Sequence record: SRR22947725_1818
Strand: one strand, 5' to 3'
DNA length: 20,000 nucleotides
This document shows positions 8,013-16,118 of this stretch, one piece after another. The stretch's first letter is position 1; every line of letters begins with the position of its first letter. A program made the translations under genes and the position numbers. Under the pieces are notes generated by a model, which made no database searches, was not told the DNA's origin, and was given only the letters and a program-made list of their open reading frames with translations.

Positions 8013-8756
8013 TCAGAGTCCCTTGGCGTGTCGCACGCCGTTCTCGAACAATCGGAGACCCAAACTGGAGGGTTCACCAGCACCCCGCGTCTTCACAGCA
8101 GCACTGCGGCCGTGGTGCGGATGTTGTCGCGCCACAATGTGATTCTCAGGGTGCGGCATGAGGCCGAGCACCACGCCGCTCGAATCGCAGACGCCAGCGA
8201 TGTCGGCAACTGAGCCGTTGGGATTGGTGCTGCGATATCGCAGCGCAACCTGCCCAGCAGCGGCGAGAGAATCAGGGTCGGGGTGCACGTAACGGCCCTC
8301 GCCATGGGCGATCGGGCAGTGGATCGGGTCCTCGATTCCCGAGGTCCACACCGACTTGCTCTTGACCTCGGTCTCCAACACGACCCACCGGCAGTCGAAA
8401 CGGCCCTGCGCGTTGTGTCCGAGAGCGCCGGGCAACAACTTGGTCCGCGTCAGCACCTGAAAGCCGTTGCAGATGCCGATCAGTGGGCGCCCGCGGGCGA
8501 CAAAGTCGCGTAGCTCATCGCCCAACCCCATCATCAAGTCGAGCGCCAGCATGCGACCAGCGCCCAACGAATCGGCGTGGCTGAATCCTCCGGCGACGAC
8601 GGCCAGTCGGTAGTCGCCCAACAGTCGCGGTCGCTCGACCAACTCGCTCGCCAACACGATCTTTGCGTCAGCGCCTGCTAACTCAAGCGCTTGGCGTACG
8701 TCACCATCACGGTTGGTGCCAGGCCCGGCGATGACGACGGCGGGAACCTTGCTCAT
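8013..8756 (-). CDS. purQ: FGAM synthase glutaminase subunit
   Basis: 247 aa. PGTN, GGFSHAD, GICNGFQ (nucleophile Cys), AHGEG, NPNGS, GLMPHPE (His/Glu of the triad). ATGA overlap with the purL stop. Confidence 0.96.
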   Translation of the reverse strand: MSKVPAVVIAGPGTNRDGDVRQALELAGADAKIVLASELVERPRLLGDYRLAVVAGGFSHADSLGAGRMLALDLMMGLGDELRDFVARGRPLIGICNGFQVLTRTKLLPGALGHNAQGRFDCRWVVLETEVKSKSVWTSGIEDPIHCPIAHGEGRYVHPDPDSLAAAGQVALRYRSTNPNGSVADIAGVCDSSGVVLGLMPHPENHIVARQHPHHGRSAAVKTRGAGEPSSLGLRLFENGVRHAKGL

Positions 8757-11584
8757 GACGTTGCCTGCAGTCCGTTGTGGGTGGCGTAGGCCTCGTGGTT
8801 GAAGGCATCAGCGAGATCGGAGACCAAAATTGGTTCGACTCCGGGCAACGACAACATGCCGGACTCGCTGACCTCGCCGATTTCAAGACACTCGTCGTCC
8901 ATGATCCGCTTGAACGCTGCCACGCTGCGCGGCTCGATCTCGACGACCAAGCGACCCAGCGACTCGCTGAACAGCGACGTCGATAGATCGTCGTGCGGTA
9001 ACACGTCGATGGTGGCGCCGAGGCGCCCGGCCAGGCACATCTCGCCGAGGGCGACGGCGAGTCCGCCTTCGCTCACGTCGTGGCAAGCCGCGACCAGTCC
9101 GGCCTGCATGGCGGCGTGCAGATGGCGATACCGATTGGGAGCATCAGGGTCCGGGGCTGGAGCGGCGCCGGCCACCGGGGGAGCGCCCAGCACCTTGTCG
9201 AGGTGAGATCCGGCGAATTCGGAATCAGTCGACCCCAGGAGCATCAGCACATTGCCGGCCTCGGCCAGGTCAGGGGTAACGCACCGATTGGCGTCAGGTA
9301 CATGTGCGACCGCGGTGATGACGAGCGTCGGCGGCACGGCGTGACGCTCGCCGTCGTTGCCGATGTACTCATTGTTGAGGCTGTCTTTGCCCGATACGAA
9401 CGGAGCGTTGTACATGTAGGCAGCAGCGCAACATCCCTCGACCGCTGCGGCGAGCTCGCCCAGCGTGCTGGGACGACGCGGGTCACCCCACGAGAAGTTG
9501 TCGAGCAGTGCGACCATGTCGGGGTCAGCCCCGACGGCCACCACGTTGCGAATTGCCTCATCAACAACGGCGTAGGCCATCGCCTCAGGGTCGTGGATGC
9601 CGTACCACGGGTTGACGCCGATGCCGATCGCGATGCCGTGCTCAGCCAGCGGTTCGGCCAGGACCACACCATCGGCAGGCCCATCACCAGCTGCGCCGAT
9701 CAGCGGACGCACCACGGTTGACCCCAAGATTTCGTGGTCGTAGCGATGAATCGTGCCTGCCTTGCTCGCGATGTTGGGATGCGACATCAGCGCGATCAGC
9801 GCCGCTTTCGGATCGGCCACCGTTCGGCCGACCGACGGTGATCGATCAGGCTCGGGCAAGACGGCGTTCATCCGTCGCTGTGGACGACCGTCGTGCAAAA
9901 ACGCCGTGTCGATCTCGGCCACCGGCGTGCCGCCTGATCGGACTGTCAGAACGCCATCACCGGTGAACGCGCCGATGTCGGCTACGCCAACACCCACGCG
10001 CTTGCAGCGATTGAGAATGGCACTCACGTTCCGCGATGGCACCGAGATGACCATGCGCTCCTGCGCCTCGCTCAGCCAGACTTCCCAGGGCTCGAGGCCA
10101 GGGTATTTCCGCGGCACGAGATCCAGTTCCACGTCGGCGCCGATGCCCTCCGCCATCTCGCCCACCGCTGAGGACAGACCTCCGGCTCCGCAGTCGGTGA
10201 TCGACGAATACAAGTCCTCCGCACCGATCAATGCGTCGATCAGCAGCTTCTCGATGATCGGATCGCCGATCTGCACACTTGCGCCTGCGACCTCGCCAGT
10301 GCTTGCATCCATTGTCGCCGACGAGAACGTCGCACCTCGAATGCCGTCGCGGCCGGTTGCGCCGCCGAGTACCAGCACCCGATCGCCGGCATGCGGTCCT
10401 TCATGGAGGGGCCGCGCCTTCGACGTACCGATGCAGCCGGCGAAAACCAGCGGATTGGTGGTGTATGTCGGGTCGTACAAGATTGCGCCGGCCACGGTGG
10501 GCAGCCCGATCTTGTTGCCATAGTCAGCAACACCGTCGATCACGCCCTCGCGGATTCGGCGTGGATGCAGCGAGCCGTCCGGGAGGTCGCTCAGCGGCAG
10601 GTCGGCCGGCCCGAAACACAAGATGTCGGTAATCGCGATGGGCTTGTGTGCAATACCCAGCACGTCGCGAATCACGCCGCCGACACCGGTGTTGGCTCCA
10701 CCGAATGGTTCGACTGCAGATGGATGATTGTGCGTCTCGGCTTTGAGCGCAATGGTGATGCCTTTGTGAAACTCGACGATGCCGGCATTGCCGACAAAGG
10801 CAGAACGCACGAACGGTGCATCGATGGTTTCGGTACAGAGCCGCAGTTGCTGCATCAGCGGCTCGATGACCTGCTCGCCCTCGGGCCCGCCCGTCGCGTC
10901 AATCGCGGCCCGGAAGGTTTTGTGCGCGCAGTGTTCGCTCCAGGTCTGGCCCAACGTCTCCAACTCGAGATCTGTGGGATCGCGATCCAATCCAGTGAAG
11001 TGATCACGAATGACGACCATCTCCTCCGGGTCGAGGTAGAGCGCCCGCTCGACGTTGATCTCGGCCAGTCGCGTCTCGTCGGCTCCGCGAATCGGAATGA
11101 TCGCGGCCGTCGAACGAATATCTTCGCCGCCCGGGTGTGCGGGTTCGATCGTGCCCCACGCCCATCGTTCGATGATCGTGTTCGCCACAACGCGCTCGAT
11201 GATGTCGTCGGCCACATCGTCAGCGAGGCCCTCGTCGAAGCGAATGCGTAGACCTGTCGCGGCTGCCTCGATGTCAATACCCAAGGTGCCGCAGGCATGC
11301 CGCACGGCATCGGCGCCGCTGTCGGTGACGCCGGGTTGCAGGGTGATCTCGACCGCATGGCTCGTCGGAAGCTCCCAGTTGCCACGCTGAAGCAGCGGGT
11401 CGACGAGCACACTGTGGAGCCGATCGAGTTGTGCCGAATCGAGGTCTCCGTCGACGAACACGATGTCGGCAATGGCGACCTCGCCGATGTTGCCGAAACC
11501 AAGATCACTCGCGCCTCGCTCGATTGCCGCGGCGCGCGGATCGGCCTCGATCGGATGGAGGGTGAGACGGTGCCTGGGGGCCAC
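8753..11584 (-). CDS. purL: FGAM synthase synthetase subunit with fused N-terminal PurS-like domains
   Basis: QTWSEHCAHK, KAETHNHPSAVEPFGGANTGVGG, GRDGIRGATFSS, DCGAGGLSS, SEAQERM, DNFSWG, VSGKDSLNNE, HDVSEGG, LFSE. Start uncertain: GTG 11584 preferred because TACAGT lies 7 nt upstream (943 aa); ATG 11608 is the alternative. Confidence 0.93.
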   Translation of the reverse strand: MAPRHRLTLHPIEADPRAAAIERGASDLGFGNIGEVAIADIVFVDGDLDSAQLDRLHSVLVDPLLQRGNWELPTSHAVEITLQPGVTDSGADAVRHACGTLGIDIEAAATGLRIRFDEGLADDVADDIIERVVANTIIERWAWGTIEPAHPGGEDIRSTAAIIPIRGADETRLAEINVERALYLDPEEMVVIRDHFTGLDRDPTDLELETLGQTWSEHCAHKTFRAAIDATGGPEGEQVIEPLMQQLRLCTETIDAPFVRSAFVGNAGIVEFHKGITIALKAETHNHPSAVEPFGGANTGVGGVIRDVLGIAHKPIAITDILCFGPADLPLSDLPDGSLHPRRIREGVIDGVADYGNKIGLPTVAGAILYDPTYTTNPLVFAGCIGTSKARPLHEGPHAGDRVLVLGGATGRDGIRGATFSSATMDASTGEVAGASVQIGDPIIEKLLIDALIGAEDLYSSITDCGAGGLSSAVGEMAEGIGADVELDLVPRKYPGLEPWEVWLSEAQERMVISVPSRNVSAILNRCKRVGVGVADIGAFTGDGVLTVRSGGTPVAEIDTAFLHDGRPQRRMNAVLPEPDRSPSVGRTVADPKAALIALMSHPNIASKAGTIHRYDHEILGSTVVRPLIGAAGDGPADGVVLAEPLAEHGIAIGIGVNPWYGIHDPEAMAYAVVDEAIRNVVAVGADPDMVALLDNFSWGDPRRPSTLGELAAAVEGCCAAAYMYNAPFVSGKDSLNNEYIGNDGERHAVPPTLVITAVAHVPDANRCVTPDLAEAGNVLMLLGSTDSEFAGSHLDKVLGAPPVAGAAPAPDPDAPNRYRHLHAAMQAGLVAACHDVSEGGLAVALGEMCLAGRLGATIDVLPHDDLSTSLFSESLGRLVVEIEPRSVAAFKRIMDDECLEIGEVSESGMLSLPGVEPILVSDLADAFNHEAYATHNGLQATS

Positions 11585-11591
11585 CGGCGCG

Positions 11592-11633
11592 ACTGTAGGG
11601 AACCCCATACGACACCAGTGAAATTTGTACAAA
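11592..11633 (-). promoter_or_regulatory. Candidate pur operon promoter (-10 TACAGT) with upstream palindrome TTTGTACAAA
   Basis: Minus-strand TACAGT at 11592-11597 is 7 nt upstream of the GTG, the leaderless geometry typical of actinobacterial TANNNT promoters. A perfect 10-bp AT-rich palindrome lies at 11624-11633. Confidence 0.5.
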
Positions 11634-11771
11634 AGGTTTGCGGGCTCGATGCCGGCGAAGAACCTTCGCACGAGCAGCCAGTTGGCCCGACACTGTCGGG
11701 GCCAAGACGAATGAGCGACACGAAAATGAGCGGAGTGCGGCGTTGGGGTCGATCACTGCGATGATGGAGCG

Positions 11772-12473
11772 ATGGCAGACGGAGCGACACGGGTGGTGCT
11801 GATCAGGCACGGAGAGTCTCAGGTCACCGTCGACCGCGTCATCGGCGGCCACCGCACATGCAGCGGCCTTTCCGACCTGGGACGACAGCAAGCAGCGCGT
11901 CTCCACGACCGACTCGCCAACACACACGAACTTGATGGTGCGGTGCTGATCAGCAGCAACTTCGACCGAGCGATCGAGACTGCCCAGGTCATTGGTCCCG
12001 CCATCGCAGGCGCGGACCTCCTGATCGACCACGGATTCGGTGAACACGATCCCGGACCGGAACTCGACGGCATGACATTCGCTGCCTATGTCGACCGGTT
12101 CGGATCCCCTGACTGGGGCGGCGACCCCCATCACGAGGTCTTCCCGGGCGGTGGCGAGACCATTGCCCGATTCCACCTGCGGGTCGGATCAACCCTGTCG
12201 AAAACGCTCGCGACGCACCCTGGGCGGACGATCGCAATCTCCTGCCATGGTGGTGTTGTCGATGCCATCTTCCGTCAACTCCTGCGCACAGCGCCCACCG
12301 GAGCGTTCGACCTCTGGACGTCGAACACGTCCCTGACCGAGTTCGTACCCTCGCAGCGCGCCGCCGAATCAGCGACCGACTCGAAGTGGCGCCTCGTCCG
12401 GTACAACGACGCCGCACATCTTGCAGGCCTCCCACCAGCCACCAACCCTCCCGCTCAACGTCGCGACGACTGA
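11772..12473 (+). CDS. Histidine phosphatase (phosphoglycerate mutase) family protein
   Basis: 233 aa. LIRHGES, LSDLGRQQA, SSNFDRAIETA, GET, SCHGG, NTSLTEF, YNDAAHL. Confidence 0.9.
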   Translation: MADGATRVVLIRHGESQVTVDRVIGGHRTCSGLSDLGRQQAARLHDRLANTHELDGAVLISSNFDRAIETAQVIGPAIAGADLLIDHGFGEHDPGPELDGMTFAAYVDRFGSPDWGGDPHHEVFPGGGETIARFHLRVGSTLSKTLATHPGRTIAISCHGGVVDAIFRQLLRTAPTGAFDLWTSNTSLTEFVPSQRAAESATDSKWRLVRYNDAAHLAGLPPATNPPAQRRDD

Positions 12474-12494
12474 GCGTCGCTGGACCGGAACGTC

Positions 12495-13841
12495 ATGACC
12501 TCGCAGCGAACCGCTCGACACTGGATCGTCGTCGGTGCCGGTTCAGCCGGGTGCGTGCTCGCCAACCGACTGTCAGCGGACTCCGATTGTCGCGTGACGC
12601 TCCTCGACGATGGCCCCGACTTGCGGCAGGATGCGATTCCGGCAGCAGTTGATGGACCCAACTTTCTTGACGCCCTGAACGAGCCGGGCCGAACCCACGC
12701 TGATCTGCTCGCCAAGCGCACCACCGACGCTGAACCGAGTCCGTACCCGAGGGGACGCGGTTTGGGAGGATCGAGCGCAGTCAACGCCATGGTTGCCCTG
12801 CGCGGCAGCGAACAGCAATACCGCGACTGGGGATGGAGCGACGCTCACCGCGCATGGGATCGGGTGCAGATTCCGGCCGAGGCGGCAGCCGACGCGGAAC
12901 TCGGCGTCGTCGATCGAGCACTGCTTGCGGCGGCACCACGAACCGAACGGGCGCTGCTGACCCGCCGGGCGGGCCGCCGGATCACATCGGCAGAGGCCTA
13001 CCTCTGGCCGGTGCTCGACCGACCGAATCTTGTGGTGCGGCCGAACACAGCCGCCGATCGTCTTCGCATCTCAGGCCGCCGAGTCACGGGGGTGCACCTT
13101 GTCGACGGCACCTCGATCGACGCCGACCATGTCGTTGTCGCGGCCGGTGCAATCCACACACCTGCAATCCTGCTCCGCTCAGGGCTGGATACACCGGGCA
13201 TTGGCCAGGGCCTCCAAGATCACCCGGCGGCTCCGCTGACGTTGTTGCTGCGCGATGGCGTCGACAACTGGCCGGGCGGCCTGGTCATCGGCACGCTCTT
13301 GCACCAGCACATCGGTGAAGATCTCGTGCAGCTCCTCCCGATGAATCACATCGGTCGGGTGCCCGGCGCCGAACGTCTCGCACTGTTGATGCCGGCGCTG
13401 ATGACTCCGTCAGGTGCCGAGGGCACCGTCACGATCGACCGTGAGGGTCAGCCGCTCGTCGACTTCGCACTCTTGAGTGATGCTGACGACCTTGCAGCAC
13501 TCGGCGCAGCGGTCAGGCTTGCGCTGGATGTTCTGTCGCAACCATCGTTCACGGACATCGTCGAAACGGTCTACATCGACGAGCATGGCACCACGGCGGA
13601 CGCGCTGGTCGACGACACGACCCTCCAAACGTGGCTCCGCAGCCGGGCAGGCGACTACGTCCATGCATCGAGCAGCTGTGCAATGGGCGTCGTCGCCGAT
13701 GATCACTTCAGCGTGGTGGGCTACGAGGGACTGTCGATCTGTGACGCGTCGGTCTTTCCTAACATCCCGGATGCAAACACGCACCTTCCGGTGACTATGG
13801 CCGCTGAACGCTTCTGTCTGCGTGAAACAATGTCGGCATGA
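12495..13841 (+). CDS. GMC family FAD oxidoreductase (compact, MftG-like)
   Basis: 448 aa. IVVGAGSAGCVLANRLS, RGRGLGGSSAVNAM, AAGAIHTPAILLRSG, GQGLQDHP, active-site YVHASSSCAMG, DASVFP, ANTHLP. Confidence 0.88.
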   Translation: MTSQRTARHWIVVGAGSAGCVLANRLSADSDCRVTLLDDGPDLRQDAIPAAVDGPNFLDALNEPGRTHADLLAKRTTDAEPSPYPRGRGLGGSSAVNAMVALRGSEQQYRDWGWSDAHRAWDRVQIPAEAAADAELGVVDRALLAAAPRTERALLTRRAGRRITSAEAYLWPVLDRPNLVVRPNTAADRLRISGRRVTGVHLVDGTSIDADHVVVAAGAIHTPAILLRSGLDTPGIGQGLQDHPAAPLTLLLRDGVDNWPGGLVIGTLLHQHIGEDLVQLLPMNHIGRVPGAERLALLMPALMTPSGAEGTVTIDREGQPLVDFALLSDADDLAALGAAVRLALDVLSQPSFTDIVETVYIDEHGTTADALVDDTTLQTWLRSRAGDYVHASSSCAMGVVADDHFSVVGYEGLSICDASVFPNIPDANTHLPVTMAAERFCLRETMSA

Positions 13842-14812
13842 CTTCGGACTTCAGTCTCGGCCTGCACGAACTCGGTGATCAGTGTTTCGCATATCTGCAG
13901 CCGGACGGCAGTTGGGGCTGGAGCAACGCCGGTCTCGTTGTCGGTGATGGCCAGTCGCTGCTTGTCGACACCCTCTTCGATCTCAATCTCACCCGTGCCA
14001 TGCTCGACGCAATGGCCGCGCACACCGCTGCGGCGCCCGTGGACTCGCTGGTCAATACCCACGCCAACGGTGACCACTGCTACGGCAATAGCGAGGTGCG
14101 CGTCCGATGGTCCGAGGTCGACATCGTGGCATCCGCCGCCTGTGCCGAAGAGATGCCGCACACGCCACCGTCGATGCTGCACGCGCTCAACCAGGCACCG
14201 GGCGAAGTCGGCGATCTGTTTCGCAGCTTCTTCGGCAAATTTGACTTTGACGGCATCGAACTTGAGCTGCCGACAACGACGTTCAGCGGCCGTCATGCCC
14301 TTGATGTGGGGGGACGCCGCGTCGATCTGATCGAGGTGGGCCCGGCGCACACGGACGGCGACGTCTTGGTCCACGTGCCCGATGCCAAGACCGTCTACAC
14401 CGGTGACATTCTCTTCATCGGCGGCACGCCCATCGTGTGGGCTGGACCCCTGAGCAATTGGGTCGCCGCATGCGACCTCATGCTTGAGATGGACGTGGAC
14501 ACCGTGGTGCCTGGCCACGGCCCACTCACCGACAAGGCCGGCGTACGCGAGGTACGCGACTACCTTGCATTTGTCGACACCGAGGCCGCCGGTCGGCAAG
14601 CAGCAGGCATTGACGCCTTTGACGCCGCGCGAGATATTGGCGCGGCCCTTGCGGCCGACGAACGATTCAGCAGCTGGGGTGAGTTCGGACGGATCGCAGT
14701 GAACGTCGACACCGTGTACCGCTCGCTCGACCCACAGCACACCACGCCTGACGTGGTCGAGCAGTTCCGTCGGATGGCTGAACTTGAATCGGCCACGCCC
14801 GGCCACCCGTGA
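13838..14812 (+). CDS. Metallo-beta-lactamase-fold hydrolase (cyclase-like subfamily)
   Basis: 324 aa. AYLQPDGSWGWSNAGLV, LLVDT, metal motif THANGDH, AHTDGD, YTGD, VPGHG. ATGA overlap with the GMC gene. Confidence 0.88.
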   Translation: MTSDFSLGLHELGDQCFAYLQPDGSWGWSNAGLVVGDGQSLLVDTLFDLNLTRAMLDAMAAHTAAAPVDSLVNTHANGDHCYGNSEVRVRWSEVDIVASAACAEEMPHTPPSMLHALNQAPGEVGDLFRSFFGKFDFDGIELELPTTTFSGRHALDVGGRRVDLIEVGPAHTDGDVLVHVPDAKTVYTGDILFIGGTPIVWAGPLSNWVAACDLMLEMDVDTVVPGHGPLTDKAGVREVRDYLAFVDTEAAGRQAAGIDAFDAARDIGAALAADERFSSWGEFGRIAVNVDTVYRSLDPQHTTPDVVEQFRRMAELESATPGHP

Positions 14813-16056
14813 GATCGTCATCGTCGAGCAACGCTGGACGCTTTCACGACGTCGTCATCATCGGTGACGGACCAGCGGGCAGTGCCCTTGCCCATGCCTG
14901 CGTCGTGCGTGGCCTCGACGTCGTCCTCATCGGTGGTGACGCCGATTGGTCGGCGACATACGGAGCGTGGCTTGATGAGGTTGACCGCCTCTCAATCCTG
15001 ACCGGCCTCGACGTCACGGCAGGCACACCGTTCGACGTCTGCGCCTGGACTGATCGGCGCCACGAATTGCGCCGCCCGTACACGCTCCTCGACAACGCCG
15101 CGCTGCGCTCAGCGCTTCGCCGCGATGTGCCGAGGATGACTGCGAAGGTGCTCAGCGTTGCGTCCGGGAGTGACCGTCACCGAGTCATCCTCGACATCGA
15201 CGAGGAGCTCACCGCTCGTCTCGTGATCGATGCCACGGGATGGCCGGCCGCCTTTGCCAACCGAACCCACGGCGACGGGCTGGCGTTCTGGCAAACCGCT
15301 TTCGGTGTCGTGCTCGCTGAACCGCCGGTTGGCGACCTCGGTCAGCCGACACTGATGGACTTCCGTGAGCCCCCACGGACACCGGCTGCACCGCGGAGCG
15401 GGCGCACGCCCGCAACGTTTGCGTACAGCCTGCCGGTGGCCGACGGATGGCTCGTCGAAGAAACAGTGCTTGCGGCGCGACCTGCGGTCGAACCGGTTGC
15501 ACTGGTGCCACTGCTCGCAGCGCGGCTCCACCTGGAACCGGACGACATGCTCGACCGCGCCCTGCGTACAGAGTACGTCCGGATCCCGATGGGCGCATCG
15601 CGTCCTCGACGAGATCAGGCAGTTGTCGCATTCGGCGCAGCCGCGGGCTACGTCAATCCGACGTCCGGTTACTCCGTCGTCCACTCGATGCAGATGGCGC
15701 CAGCGGTCGCCGTGGCGATCGCCGAGTCACTCAGCGCCCGCCCTGAGACTCACGTGGCTGACTCCGCCCTGGTGTGGAACGTCGTGTGGCCGATTGCGCA
15801 TCGCCGGACACGACTGCTGCACGACTACGGCCTTGACATGTTGGGCCAGCTCGACGGAGCCGCCGTCCGAGAGTTCTTCGCAACGTTTTTCGACCTGCCG
15901 CTGCAGAATTGGTCGACATACATGCGCGCTGATTCCTCGCCGACTGACGTGGGCCGTGTGATGGCGCAACTCTTCCGAGCCGCCCCTTGGTCGACCCGGC
16001 GTCGACTGCTCCGCGGTCCTCCTGCTGACTTCGTCCGCCTTGCCCGCCCTTCCTGA
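14809..16056 (+). CDS. Lycopene cyclase family protein (CrtL/CrtY-type flavoprotein)
   Basis: 415 aa. DVVIIGDGPAG, TYGAWLDE, IDATG, QTAFGV, LMDFR, TFAYSLP, LVEET, E..RIPMG, FGAAAGYVNPTSGYSV, FFATFFDLP. GTGA overlap with the MBL gene. Confidence 0.85.
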   Translation: MRSSSSSNAGRFHDVVIIGDGPAGSALAHACVVRGLDVVLIGGDADWSATYGAWLDEVDRLSILTGLDVTAGTPFDVCAWTDRRHELRRPYTLLDNAALRSALRRDVPRMTAKVLSVASGSDRHRVILDIDEELTARLVIDATGWPAAFANRTHGDGLAFWQTAFGVVLAEPPVGDLGQPTLMDFREPPRTPAAPRSGRTPATFAYSLPVADGWLVEETVLAARPAVEPVALVPLLAARLHLEPDDMLDRALRTEYVRIPMGASRPRRDQAVVAFGAAAGYVNPTSGYSVVHSMQMAPAVAVAIAESLSARPETHVADSALVWNVVWPIAHRRTRLLHDYGLDMLGQLDGAAVREFFATFFDLPLQNWSTYMRADSSPTDVGRVMAQLFRAAPWSTRRRLLRGPPADFVRLARPS

Positions 16057-16118
16057 TCCGACCCGGTCCACCGGAGGCCACACACGACGCGGTCGGGGAG
16101 TGGACCCGGGCGGTCAGG
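16052..16118. terminator. Possible bidirectional terminator-like hairpin between convergent genes
   Basis: Imperfect inverted repeat CCTGATCCGACCCGGTCCAC (16052-16071) / GTGGACCCGGGCGGTCAGG (16100-16118) that includes both stop codons; 28-nt loop; no U-tract. Confidence 0.4.

Noticed and set aside
8009-8083. ORF-track N-terminal extension of PurC
   Set aside because: Would overlap purQ by 71 nt; a GTG with SD lies 4 nt after the purQ stop.
11585-11671. ORF-track N-terminal extension of PurL (MRRFFAGIEP...)
   Set aside because: Runs through the AT-rich promoter-like region and precedes the first PurS-like block; the start at 11584 or 11608 is more plausible.
11585-11771. Known purine-related riboswitch (ZTP/pfl, guanine, PRPP ykkC) upstream of purL
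   Set aside because: Diagnostic motifs not found by eye; GGGGTTCC alone is insufficient, and the probable leaderless start leaves no room for a leader. Kept only as an unassigned structured region.
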